This document shows positions 1 through 9,733 of a DNA stretch of 64,000 bases, in pieces. The stretch is from Candidatus Binatia bacterium. Its GTDB lineage: Bacteria; Desulfobacterota; Binatia; Bin18. The stretch covers positions 832,001-896,000 of the forward strand of contig OY761159.2 in assembly GCA_963664395.2 (NCBI GenBank). Reading direction: 5' to 3'. The position numbers were made by a program, and so were the translations under genes. Every line of letters starts with the position of its first letter. Position 1 is the first letter of the stretch. A model generated the notes under the pieces. That model was not told the DNA's origin. It made no database searches and worked only from the letters and a program-made list of their open reading frames with translations.

Positions 1-240
1 GCTCCGCGCTTGGCTGCGGCGCCGCGGCTGCCACGGTCATCCCTAACAACCCGCCCCGCAAGCGCAAACATCCCTTTGACAAAATCGCTTATCGGACCCG
101 GAATGTCATCGAACGCACTTTCTGCCGCCTTAAGGACTGGCGCCGCGTCGCCACCCGCTACGATAAACTCGCCCACAACTACCTTGCCTCTGTCGCGCTC
201 GCCGCCCTCGTCATCTATTGGTTATGAGTCCTGACCCTAG
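1..240 (+). mobile_element. 3' end of IS5-family element (transposase C-terminus, terminal IR, CTAG target); truncated by the window edge
   Basis: Encodes ...YRTRNVIERTFCRLKDWRRVATRYDKLA...IYWL* (stop 225-227). Ends TTATGAGTCCTGACCC-TAG. Reverse complement of 19977-20216. Confidence 0.92.
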
Positions 241-331
241 CGCATTGACCGCCTTTCGCTAGCTCCCCTGGTGTTACAGCAAACCGCCACTGACCGTATT
301 CCCGCTGTCAGCCACGGGCAAGATAATGGTA

Positions 332-1186
332 CTACCACGACAAACACCGCCGTACGGCACGGGGAATTTCCTCTAGCTCGCGTACCCGAACGACGGTTCC
401 CCGACCGACTTGCGCCATGCGGGTGCACAGCGCTGGATCACCGCCAGGAAGCTCAATAACGTGTAAACAAGTGAATTGTCGGGCAAGGGAGAGAGGGTCG
501 GGGCCAGTGTTCAGCCAGCCATCAGTGACCAGAATACCAATGTGGTTATGGACCTGTGTTCTGGTAAGCTCTTCCAGTCCTGTTTCTAGCCCGCAGGCCA
601 CATCAGTACATCCTTCTGATTGCATGCCCAAGATTTCCTGGATGATTTCCTCTTGAACCATCCGCGTACCAACTGCCCGGATCACATACCCCTCATCCGA
701 AAAAGCAACCGCCCCCCATTCATCTTCAGGCAGAAGATTCAGCAACAATGTGGCTGTCACCAGCGCTGCCGATACGGCTTTGGAGCCACGCATTGAGCGG
801 CTCTTGTCCAGCATCACCATATAAGCCCGACGGCGAAGGGTGCGTTCCTTGACTACCAGATCTGCATAATTTGCCGGTCCTGAGTGGTGTAAGGCGAATG
901 GCGAGGAGAGCATCCGATCCAAAGAGGCCTCAAGGTCAAGTTCATCGGAGTGAAATCGATACTGAGCAGATTCAAACTTCCCATCGCGGCGGAACCTCCT
1001 GGGGACTGACACACGCGCCATTTTTAAAAGGAGGCGGACTATACGGTCCAGGTGTTGCTCCCGGGTCTCTGCATCGAGATTATCCCAGGTCAGGGTGAAC
1101 AGTTTTTCATAGGAGTGATGATGTGAAAGACGATCGAGGACAAGACGATGCCGGCCCATGATCTGCGCAACGCGGGTGGGGGCCAC
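332..1186 (-). CDS. von Willebrand factor A domain protein; frame is open upstream to 1447, probably expressed as a frameshift fusion with the MoxR ATPase
   Basis: MIDAS motif DKSRS...GCTD...VTDG. The GTG at 1186 has no clear RBS. Confidence 0.88.
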   Translation of the reverse strand: MAPTRVAQIMGRHRLVLDRLSHHHSYEKLFTLTWDNLDAETREQHLDRIVRLLLKMARVSVPRRFRRDGKFESAQYRFHSDELDLEASLDRMLSSPFALHHSGPANYADLVVKERTLRRRAYMVMLDKSRSMRGSKAVSAALVTATLLLNLLPEDEWGAVAFSDEGYVIRAVGTRMVQEEIIQEILGMQSEGCTDVACGLETGLEELTRTQVHNHIGILVTDGWLNTGPDPLSLARQFTCLHVIELPGGDPALCTRMAQVGRGTVVRVRELEEIPRAVRRCLSW

Positions 1187-1401
1187 CTCAGCCAGGGAAA
1201 CGACGTCATCAAGCGCACCCTGGCTGAGCAGCTCGTCCGCCTCACGATCAAGCGGGGCATCGAGGTAGTGGTGGTGATCCTCGGGAGTGCCCGGATGATG
1301 GGCAAGCAGCCTGTGCTCGCTCTCGCTCAGAATGCGTCGGGGGGCCGGCCGCTGGGCTACCCCCTCCTCGACTTCATCTTCCAGATGTAACGGTCCCGGA
1401 G

Positions 1402-2337
1402 CTATGAGGCCGATTGAGCTGTAGGCTTTTTTTTTAACTCGTTGGGGTCACCTAATTCCCAAAACTCACCATCCGGAGTATGCCATTCTTCGGCCAGACT
1501 CTGCCATATCTCCTGAATAATTTCCTCTGGCGTGCGGCTTGTGGTTTCATTCAGCCAAATTTTGTCCCGGAGCGCCATTAATGCAGAAGAGAAAACCAGG
1601 TGGGTGCGTTCCGTCCCTGCTCCGTCCTGAGAGTCGAGCAGCTGGCAGGCAATAAGAACCAGATCAATGGCTCCTCGAACCGACGCACCCAGCCGAATAT
1701 CCTTGTGGGCTCTTGTGCGTCGGGTCATTTCCATTGCCGTCGCCACCAGGCCCAGGTTACCCTGGTCTGTGTGCCGTTTGACAATATCGACCTCTTCGTC
1801 TCGGTTCTGATAGTCCATCCGGATCGAGCAGAAACGATCTCTGAGCGCCCGGCTCACCCTGGCTGTACCCGCATCGTCATAGGGGTTTAACGCGGCAACC
1901 ACACGGAACTCGGGTTTCGCCACCACACAGCCAAGATAGGGGAGGGTCAGCTCACGCTCTGAGGTGGCAGTAATAAAGGCATTGGTGGTATCGTCCGGCA
2001 GCCGGTTAAATTCCTCCACATACAGAATCGCCCCTTCTTGCATGGCCTGCGTCAGAGGACCATACTCAAAATGTTCCGGCTTATATCCTTTTGACAGCAC
2101 TTGGGCAGGGTCGAAGTGACCGAGCAGCTTTGTCGAGGTCAAATCGCTATTCCCCGTCACCTGGATAAAAGGGATACCCATTTCCTGCACGACGCTTTTG
2201 AGGATGGTCGATTTTGAGGTACCAGGGGGGCCCTCAAGCATCACATGCCGCCCGCCTAACAAAGCCGCCACAATCATCCGCGTTTCGTGACGCCGGCCAA
2301 CGAAGTGATCTACCACACGAGAGTAAAGTTCTTGCAT
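1402..2337 (-). CDS. MoxR-family AAA+ ATPase
   Basis: Walker A-like GPPGTSKS, Walker B YVEEFNR, sensor ALNP, arginine finger ALRDRF, C-terminal GASVRGA. Confidence 0.92.
   Translation of the reverse strand: MQELYSRVVDHFVGRRHETRMIVAALLGGRHVMLEGPPGTSKSTILKSVVQEMGIPFIQVTGNSDLTSTKLLGHFDPAQVLSKGYKPEHFEYGPLTQAMQEGAILYVEEFNRLPDDTTNAFITATSERELTLPYLGCVVAKPEFRVVAALNPYDDAGTARVSRALRDRFCSIRMDYQNRDEEVDIVKRHTDQGNLGLVATAMEMTRRTRAHKDIRLGASVRGAIDLVLIACQLLDSQDGAGTERTHLVFSSALMALRDKIWLNETTSRTPEEIIQEIWQSLAEEWHTPDGEFWELGDPNELKKKPTAQSAS
1426..1453 (-). other. Candidate -1 programmed frameshift / slippage signal
   Basis: Minus strand AGGTGA-ccccaacgag-TTA AAA AAA AAG: A9 run (1435-1427) with in-frame A AAA AAG heptamer and an SD-like AGGTGA ~12-15 nt upstream. 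Confidence 0.65.
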
Positions 2338-2462
2338 AACTCAGTCCAAATCACTGTGACACGCGTTCGGCCACTGGCGGTCAGTTGTTGGAGTCTTACT
2401 CCTCACTCATTGTTACGCGAGTTTGAAGCGAGTCCCCAGCTGCTGACCGCTGACCGCCTGCC

Positions 2463-3503
2463 TTATGCATTCGCCGGAGCACTATCACCGCGCGTGGGCA
2501 CGCCGACTAAGCGCCTGTACTCATCTCCGGTCGCGACCTCACGGCCCATGAGCTCGGCAATCGACTTGAACATGCGGAAATGATCGGCATTTGATTGGAT
2601 GAGGGCGTCCTGGTGAGGGTGTCGCCAGACAGTGTCTTCCATGCCAACCCGGACGTGAAGGCCTAAGATCATGGCTTGGATAGCCAGGTAGCTCGACGCC
2701 CGGCCAGCAGCACAGACAACAATTTCCGAGTCGCGGTCAATGTCATAGATCAGGTCAGTCAGGTGCATGATACCCCTGACCATCTGTCTGGGATTGTTCA
2801 TGGGACTGCCCCCGGGCAGCGTTGGGAGAATGATCCAAAAGTAAGGCTTTTCCAGTAAGCCGGTCTTAATCAAATAACGGTCCGCATTGTCCACATCGCC
2901 ATCAGAATATACTGCTATCTGCGGCTTGACGCCGAGCTCCTGACACAGCCGAGTTTTTTCTATGATGACATGTGGGGGTTTAGCAAAGAGGGTGTCTCCA
3001 CAGAAGGAAGCGGTTGTGTTAATGGGAGTGACCTCCAGCAAGCGGTCGCTCAGCACCGAGACCATGTTATCCCACTCTCCGTCCAGAAACGGCACCATGC
3101 AACCGTCATACACCGGGTCTGGAAACTCTTTGCGAACAGGGTCAATCACGCGATGGAAGAGTTCTGAGTCGAGGACGTTATAGCCTTCCTTATCACGCAC
3201 ATGCACATGGACGGTGGTGGCCCCGGCCTCAGCGCACTCCCGGGCCGAAGTAAGGATCTCATCCGGAGTGACGGGTAAGTTGGGGTTGTTTCGCTTGCTA
3301 TAAAAGGCGCCGTTAACCGTCTGTGAGATGACGACTTTATCCGGAATTTTCCACTTGGGCTGAACCTCAATATCCCCGTACTTAGAGGTAAAGGGATCAA
3401 CGACTTCTGGGAGCCCGTAGGGGTTCCAGATGGCTTTAAATTCTCCCTTCTTTTTCCACTCCTCAATATATTCCCAGTTGACTTTATCTTTCCTTTTGGC
3501 CAT
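2463..3503 (-). CDS. Beta-keto acid cleavage enzyme (BKACE / 3-keto-5-aminohexanoate cleavage family)
   Basis: NPNLPVTPDEI, GATTVHVHVR (HxH metal motif), HVRVGMED; strong RBS GGAGAGG. Confidence 0.9.
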   Translation of the reverse strand: MAKRKDKVNWEYIEEWKKKGEFKAIWNPYGLPEVVDPFTSKYGDIEVQPKWKIPDKVVISQTVNGAFYSKRNNPNLPVTPDEILTSARECAEAGATTVHVHVRDKEGYNVLDSELFHRVIDPVRKEFPDPVYDGCMVPFLDGEWDNMVSVLSDRLLEVTPINTTASFCGDTLFAKPPHVIIEKTRLCQELGVKPQIAVYSDGDVDNADRYLIKTGLLEKPYFWIILPTLPGGSPMNNPRQMVRGIMHLTDLIYDIDRDSEIVVCAAGRASSYLAIQAMILGLHVRVGMEDTVWRHPHQDALIQSNADHFRMFKSIAELMGREVATGDEYRRLVGVPTRGDSAPANA

Positions 3504-3613
3504 AGTTCACCTCTCCTTAGTTATGCTTGTCCCATTTCGCCCTCTCTCCCTCTAGTTCTGTTCCATTATACCTACTGTGTCAAGAGTTAAATGGTATCGT
3601 ATCAGCTCGTTGC

Positions 3614-4418
3614 CTAGGGCGTGTTCACACTATATCGGTTATAGTTGGGGGATGGAGCTTACCCAACAGCAGTATGAGCACCTCAAGGACTTGCTCCCGC
3701 GTCAGCGCGGGAACGTCAAGGGAGACAATCGGCGAGTGTTGGCAGCGATTCTGTACGTGGTAGAGCAGGGCGGTAAGTGGCGGGGCCTGCCGGAGCAGGG
3801 CGGTAAGTGGCATACGATCTATACGCGCATGAATCGCTGGGCGAAGAAGGGCGTGCTGGACCGGATAGTCGTGGCTTTACAGCAGCCGCAGCTCATCTGC
3901 GTGCGGGTCGAAGTGGTCTCGCTGGATAGTCCCGTCGTGCCAGTGCATCCGGACGGGCCGGGCGCGCGAAAAAAACCGGGCCGCAAGCCATCGGGAAGTC
4001 TCGCGGCGGCTGGACGACCAAGATTCATCTGGTTGCCGCGGATGCTGGCACCGCCGTGAGCTTTTCGTTGTCGCCGGGCCAAGCTGGCGATGCGCCTGAG
4101 GGCCGAAAGTTGCTGGCCGAGACTCCGTTGGAGGCCGAGTACGTGGTGATGGACCGGGCCTATGAGGGCGAGGCGACCCGGCAATGCGTGCGCGATTTAG
4201 GGGCGACTCCGGTCGTGCCGCCGAAGAGCAATCGCAGGGTACCGTGGCCGTACGACCGAGCAAAGTATAAGAAACGCAATGAAGTGGAGCGGCTCTTTCG
4301 CAGACTGAAGGGCTTCCGCCGCATCTTTTCTCGGTTCGACAAGCTCGATGTGGTGTTCGCCTTCTTCATCCACTTCGCACTCATCATTGAGGCGCTCAGA
4401 AGTGTGAACACGCCCTAG
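3614..4418 (+). mobile_element. IS5-family insertion sequence; two-ORF transposase (3652-4059 and downstream ORF to 4418) joined at an A8 slippery site near 3969-3976
   Basis: Perfect terminal IRs GGGCGTGTTCACACT / AGTGTGAACACGCCC flanked by CTAG. Motifs WRGLP..W.TIYTR..RW, VMDRAY, YKKRNEVERLFRRLK. Confidence 0.93.
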
Positions 4419-4597
4419 ATGTTCGGCCCCGAGCATCCAGTCTTTGTGGGAAGTATTGACACGATCGACGGGGTTGGCGCTGGACGGGCCATAGGTTATA
4501 GTTTTTATTTCTCGATGCATCTGGGCCGCTATATAACTTGCGCCAGTAGGGCTAAAGCGTAGCCAACGGCATGAGTCTCACCGATAAGGAGGACGTC

Positions 4598-5113
4598 ATG
4601 AAGCACGTAGCTCAGTTTGTCGTAGTTGTGTTGCTCTGTTTCACTTTTTCTTTCGATATTGAAGCTCAACAGCAGAAGGTAGAACCAAGTGGATCTCATA
4701 CCGTCTCTGGGGCACTCACTGGGCCGGAGGGCCCCATCGCAGACGCAGAAGTCTTTTTCACGTTTTACAAGGATGCGGAATGCGTGAGATTTGCAAAAAA
4801 TGAAATGCAACTGAATTCAACTGAAAAAGGACAATACGCAGAATGTGCCCAGGATCTGTCGCCTCTCAAATCGGACGAAGAAGGTCGGTTTACGTTCTCC
4901 CCAAACAAGACTGGTTGGTATCGGTTTATGATCAGATGGGGGCAAAGCTCCCTGCCGGAATATAAGGACCCATTCATGGGTGACTTTTTTATAGAACACT
5001 ATCTGTATCAGAACAAATATATGGTGATGTCGATAAGCGACTTTTTTATCTTTTCGGGGGACAAAGATCTTATTTGGGACTTCAACTGGCAGACCCAGAA
5101 ACCTCAGCGATGA
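4598..5113 (+). CDS. Secreted hypothetical protein, possibly carboxypeptidase-regulatory/transthyretin-like beta fold
   Basis: RBS AGGAGG before ATG 4598; signal peptide; VSGALTGPEGPIADAEV...SDEEGRFTF pattern. Confidence 0.6.
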   Translation: MKHVAQFVVVVLLCFTFSFDIEAQQQKVEPSGSHTVSGALTGPEGPIADAEVFFTFYKDAECVRFAKNEMQLNSTEKGQYAECAQDLSPLKSDEEGRFTFSPNKTGWYRFMIRWGQSSLPEYKDPFMGDFFIEHYLYQNKYMVMSISDFFIFSGDKDLIWDFNWQTQKPQR

Positions 5114-5155
5114 TGGAAGATAGGGAAATTGTAAAAAGAAAAACAGGAAAGCGCC

Positions 5156-5452
5156 GTGAAACTTCTGCTTCTTTGTCTCGTCCTGATTGGGCTGACTGGT
5201 TGTCGGACGCCATACCACGAAGCGACTCGAGCAAAGATGCGATCAGTGTTGGGGTCGACGTTTGCCGCGAAAGAAGCCAAAGTCCAACTCGATGAGCTCC
5301 AGTTACGACATGCGCAAGGGCTGATTACCGCAGAGGAGTATGAGCAAAAAAAAGCCGAAATTCTGCACAGTGTCAACCAGTCAAGCCCGACTTGGACCGA
5401 GAGACCCCGAAAGAGACCCAACCCGCCAGTGGACGACCTACGTCACCCCTGA
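5156..5452 (+). CDS. Small lipoprotein with SHOCT-like domain
   Basis: Lipobox LTGC; LDEL...GLITAEEYEQKKAEIL. Confidence 0.75.
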   Translation: MKLLLLCLVLIGLTGCRTPYHEATRAKMRSVLGSTFAAKEAKVQLDELQLRHAQGLITAEEYEQKKAEILHSVNQSSPTWTERPRKRPNPPVDDLRHP

Positions 5453-5926
5453 TAGGGCGATTTCCCTTACTGTCTCGGGGTCCGTGCTCTCTCCCAGATT
5501 CGGCCCGTGTCGGCGAGAAAAGAAAACGCCTCAGCGTGGGTTCATGGTCAGATAGGTAGTTGCTGATAAAAGACTTCCTTTCATCGTGACTGGTTTGAGC
5601 AGATACCATGCACACAGCCACACCCCAGCAGACTACAAGAGCCAGCAGCCTATAAAGTTTTTTACTCGTAGGGAGCAGCGTCATCCGGCTCATTGCTTGG
5701 GGTGTGGGACGGCTGTGAGAATATCATTTCTGGTTGATAGTTATCCATTAAGGGGCCAGGATGGGGGGATATGAATAAGGCACTCCCTGTGATTACCGAA
5801 AGCCGGCAGCAGCTCCAAAGGCGGCTGAGAGCGGAGCCCGAGGCCCAAAGGCGACTGCGCTTGGGATAACGGCGTTACTCGGCGACTCGAAGTCTTCACA
5901 TGTACACCTGCTTGAGCACGTTGACC

Positions 5927-8344
5927 TCAGGCACCGGCAGGTTGTGGAGCCGCTACTCCCGCTGTGGCCTCCGCCGCGATCCGCTTGCCTAAAGTAACCA
6001 CAAAACGCGGCTTTATGAGCCGTACCAAAGCCGGAATGAAGATCAACGATCCAATAACGTGGAAAACCAGAACGGTACCAAGGAGGAAGGCCATCTCGGC
6101 CTGAAACTTCATGGGAAAGAGAATCCACAGCACAACACTCCCAATCAACGTGAACCCGGTAAAGAAGACTGCCCGCCCAGTCGTCGCGAGCGCCCGTCGG
6201 TTGGCCTCGTCAAAATCCTCGCACTTGCCATACTCCTCCACAATGCGGCTGAGCACGTAGTAGGCATAGTCGATGCCGATCCCAATCCCCACCGCCGCCA
6301 CGGGGAGAGAGTTAATATTCATATCGATGCCAGAGAAGTACATGATCGTCTCGATGATCGGCTGGGCAACAATAGGCGGCTGCATCACAATGAGTGCGCC
6401 GATAATCGACCGATACGTCAGAAGGCTGAGGGCGAAGATAGCGACAAGGATCAGCATGAGGTTGGTCTTATAAGAGGCTGCTATCTCCTCGTTCATTGCC
6501 GCCAGGACGCCGATCAGGCCGCCTGCCAGGCGAAAGTCGACCTTCTCCTGGGGGTTGGCGTCAATAAAATCCTTTGCGGAAGACAAGGCGTGTTTGGCCA
6601 TTCTGTTGGAATAGTCCTGGTAGTAGAGGGTCACAATGGCATTCTGATAGTCATGGCTATAGAGCCGTCCCACCTCATTGGACGCCATGAAGGTTGTGAC
6701 AACGAAAAACGTCGAGCCGATGTCCGAGCGGTTCAGGGGGAGCACCTCCCAGTTCGGATCGCCCTCATGAAACATACGGAACACCCGCTTGAGGAGTGAC
6801 GTAGAACTGTCCGAGCCGGTCGCTCCGCCTTCTTGCTCCATGTGCCACTGGAACTCTTCCATCGCCCGCAATACGTCCTTATTCTTGATCGCTTCCTTGA
6901 CCTTCCCCTCTACCACCACCATCATCTGACTGGCGCCCAAGAAATTGTCGTTAACCTTGCGCGAAGCCACGTTGTACGGATGGTCCGGGTACATCAGCGC
7001 ATCCTCAATCGAAACGGTACTCACCTGCAGCTGCCGGGAGAAATAAATTCCCAGCGTCAGTAACAGCACCATCACAGTCACGCTCACGTAACGCCTCCCG
7101 GAATCCTGGCTCATCCACACCATGAAGCGAGTCACGCTCATATAAAAGCGATCGCTAAGATAGCTGCCGGCCTTAGGATCTTGGCGGGGCGGCGGAATAT
7201 AGGAGAGCAGAACCGGGTGCAGGGTGATCACACTGACCACAATGGTAACGATCCAAAAGCTCGCCACAAAGGCGATGTTTTGAATAACGGGGATCCGGGC
7301 CACCGCCAGCGTGAAAATGGCCAGGGCGTCTGAAGCGATGGACACCATGGCCGGGTCAAACAGGCTCACGTAAGAGGCAATAATGGCCTGGTCTTTATTG
7401 CCCAAGCGGGCATATTCTTCATGATAGCGCTCCATGGACTGCACCGAGTGCGAGAGCGCTCGGGCCGTAATCAGCACGAATACCACCATCACCAGCGGAT
7501 CGAGCTTAAAGCCAGCCACACCCGCAAAGCCAATCGCCCACAGCGCGCTCAAGAGCCCAGAAAAGAGGGGCACCAGGACGCCTATCAGCGTGTGGAAATA
7601 CGTGTACAAAAGCACGCACATGACGACGACAGTGACGCTAATAACGAGCAGGAGGTGAGGGCGATAGTGGTGCACCCAGGTATACAGCATGGGATAGCCG
7701 GTGATGTGAAGACGGGTATTGTCGTCCTCGTATGTCTCTCGCAGTTCATTGGTCCGCGCCCAGAGATAATCGAAATTCGTGCCCTCTTCCCACAGCCCGG
7801 CTGTGATGAGGACTGCCTTGTCGTCCATGGACACAAGCGATCCCCGCATGCCGCTGGACGTGTAGACCTTCTCGCGGAGGAATTGCAAATCCTCTTCCGA
7901 ATCGGGCAACTCCATGACAATGGGCAGGGTGGAAATGCCGCCAGCAGTGACGGTGATGTTCTTGACACTCGGGTGTGTCAGTGACGAGACCTGAAAAGGA
8001 TTGACGCCTTTGGTATCCATGATGGCTCGGGTAATGCCGTCGATTTTCTTGACCGTTTCGATCGTATAGATATCCCCTTCCTTCACCTCTAGAACGATCA
8101 TCATCACGTTGGCTGTGCCGAACATGTGGCGATACTCTTGATACAGCTGAATATAGGGATGGTTGGGGGGATAGAGCTCGAAAAAGTCCGTGTGGATGCG
8201 AGTATACTTGACCGCCAGATACCCGAACAGCGTAGTGCTCAGCAGGATGAATACGAGTGTCCCGATCCGGTGACGAAGGAGAAAATAGAGGTATTGTTGC
8301 GTCAGGTAGCGGCGGTCAAATTTTGCCCACACAGTCGAGAGCAT
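5927..8344 (-). CDS. RND/MMPL-family transporter
   Basis: 805 aa, two repeats of TM + periplasmic loop + 5 TM; GIGIGIDY motif; follows YCF48/DUF1329/DUF1302. Confidence 0.9.
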   Translation of the reverse strand: MLSTVWAKFDRRYLTQQYLYFLLRHRIGTLVFILLSTTLFGYLAVKYTRIHTDFFELYPPNHPYIQLYQEYRHMFGTANVMMIVLEVKEGDIYTIETVKKIDGITRAIMDTKGVNPFQVSSLTHPSVKNITVTAGGISTLPIVMELPDSEEDLQFLREKVYTSSGMRGSLVSMDDKAVLITAGLWEEGTNFDYLWARTNELRETYEDDNTRLHITGYPMLYTWVHHYRPHLLLVISVTVVVMCVLLYTYFHTLIGVLVPLFSGLLSALWAIGFAGVAGFKLDPLVMVVFVLITARALSHSVQSMERYHEEYARLGNKDQAIIASYVSLFDPAMVSIASDALAIFTLAVARIPVIQNIAFVASFWIVTIVVSVITLHPVLLSYIPPPRQDPKAGSYLSDRFYMSVTRFMVWMSQDSGRRYVSVTVMVLLLTLGIYFSRQLQVSTVSIEDALMYPDHPYNVASRKVNDNFLGASQMMVVVEGKVKEAIKNKDVLRAMEEFQWHMEQEGGATGSDSSTSLLKRVFRMFHEGDPNWEVLPLNRSDIGSTFFVVTTFMASNEVGRLYSHDYQNAIVTLYYQDYSNRMAKHALSSAKDFIDANPQEKVDFRLAGGLIGVLAAMNEEIAASYKTNLMLILVAIFALSLLTYRSIIGALIVMQPPIVAQPIIETIMYFSGIDMNINSLPVAAVGIGIGIDYAYYVLSRIVEEYGKCEDFDEANRRALATTGRAVFFTGFTLIGSVVLWILFPMKFQAEMAFLLGTVLVFHVIGSLIFIPALVRLIKPRFVVTLGKRIAAEATAGVAAPQPAGA

Positions 8345-8356
8345 GCTTCCTCCCTC

Positions 8357-9697
8357 TTAACGTTCGTCAGGCCTCCGGATCCAAACGCCCTCATCCGGCG
8401 AGCTGCCACTGACAAGGAAAAGCCCATAGGCACCAACCAGAAAAGAGTGATTTCCAGGGACCACGGATAGCCGTCTTATCCAGGACAGGCGGTACTCCGG
8501 ATCCAGCTCTACCTGTTCCCATCCCATTCCGCCATCCGTAGAGACCAACACGGTGCCTCGATCTCCCACAATCCATCCCCGGTCTCCTATAACATGCACC
8601 CCATACAGGGCTCGCTGAACATCGATGGGTTGAAACTCCCACTGGCGCCCCCCATCCTGGGTATACGCAATGGTCCCATCCTGACCGACCGCCCAGCCTC
8701 GGAGCGGAGAAACAAAGCAAAGACCGTACACGCTGGGCGAGGGAACCTCAACACCAAACGCCTCGAGTTCTTCTGCGCTGAACTCTGCGTCTACGGTTTC
8801 CTGTTCATGCATGGGATGGCGAGGAAGTACCGCCCTCTCCCAGGTCTTGCCTGCATCTTGGGTGCGCAGCACCAACCCGTGCTCTCCGCCGATCCAGCCA
8901 TGCGCCTGGTCGAGAAAAAAGACGGCGTTCAGCACCGTGTCTTCCCGGACCCGCACGTCTCTCACACCACTCTGGCGGATCTCCGCGATGAGCAAATCGT
9001 CCAGCAGTTGTCCCGCCCTGGCTACGATCTCCCCAGTCCTAGGATCAACCACATCCTGCAGGGCCACCGCCTGGATGACCCGTCCCCGTTCCTCCAGCCG
9101 CAGTGACAACGACCGATCAACCCAATGCCTTCCCCCGTCTTGGGTGAAAAGGATAGCGCCCAAATGCCCAACCACCCAGCCCGTATTCCGGTCGATAAAT
9201 GCGACGTCGAAGAGTGGCAGGTTGCCAAGATGCGACGTCACGACCCCTTTCTTCAATCGGGGCCCGATTGTCTCAGTGGCGGTAGAGAGGTCTGCTCGCG
9301 CTTCAAAGCCACTCTGTTGCTGTTTCCAGGTTGATCCGCCGTCTTGGGTGTGGAGGATCACGCCTCCTTCCCCAACCACCCAGCCGTGCGTGCTATCGGC
9401 AAAATTGACCGCGGTCAATAAGGTGCTGACTCCGCTCTGCTGCGCTTCCCAACCCTTTCCCCTGTCAGTGGTATGGAAAATGCCCCCTAGACGACCGACT
9501 GCCCAGCCCTCGTCTTTATCGAGAAAGAACACCCCGTGCAGATTAAGCGCTGGAAGGCGGGCCAGTTGCTCTTGAGCCGTGGCTGGGGAGAGCAGCAATC
9601 CCTCGCTCCCGCCGAAGAGGAAAAAAAATGCAATAAAAACTAAGAGTATTGACTTTCTTTGACGAGACAAAGCAGTACCTCTCCCAAAGGTCACCAC
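8357..9697 (-). CDS. YCF48-like (BNR/Asp-box) beta-propeller protein
   Basis: Repeated GW.VG..G.I..T.DGG..W blades; N-terminal signal/TM. Confidence 0.9.
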   Translation of the reverse strand: MVTFGRGTALSRQRKSILLVFIAFFFLFGGSEGLLLSPATAQEQLARLPALNLHGVFFLDKDEGWAVGRLGGIFHTTDRGKGWEAQQSGVSTLLTAVNFADSTHGWVVGEGGVILHTQDGGSTWKQQQSGFEARADLSTATETIGPRLKKGVVTSHLGNLPLFDVAFIDRNTGWVVGHLGAILFTQDGGRHWVDRSLSLRLEERGRVIQAVALQDVVDPRTGEIVARAGQLLDDLLIAEIRQSGVRDVRVREDTVLNAVFFLDQAHGWIGGEHGLVLRTQDAGKTWERAVLPRHPMHEQETVDAEFSAEELEAFGVEVPSPSVYGLCFVSPLRGWAVGQDGTIAYTQDGGRQWEFQPIDVQRALYGVHVIGDRGWIVGDRGTVLVSTDGGMGWEQVELDPEYRLSWIRRLSVVPGNHSFLVGAYGLFLVSGSSPDEGVWIRRPDER

Positions 9698-9733
9698 AAC
9701 GGACTCCTTATGGATTGCAGCAAAAGGGAGTAT

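Noticed and set aside
3565-3583. TTGACA and TATAAT on the minus strand upstream of BKACE
   Set aside because: Only 7 nt apart, incompatible with one sigma70 promoter
5373-5693. Minus-strand ORF with signal-peptide-like start
   Set aside because: Overlaps the SHOCT lipoprotein and has no recognisable domain; possibly a fragment
6059-9575. Long plus-strand ORFs opposite the RND and YCF48 genes (and similar shadow ORFs throughout)
   Set aside because: Antisense shadows typical of GC-rich coding DNA; no motifs
8357-9697. Photosystem II assembly role for the YCF48-like protein
   Set aside because: Context is DUF1302/DUF1329/RND; no photosynthesis genes in the window
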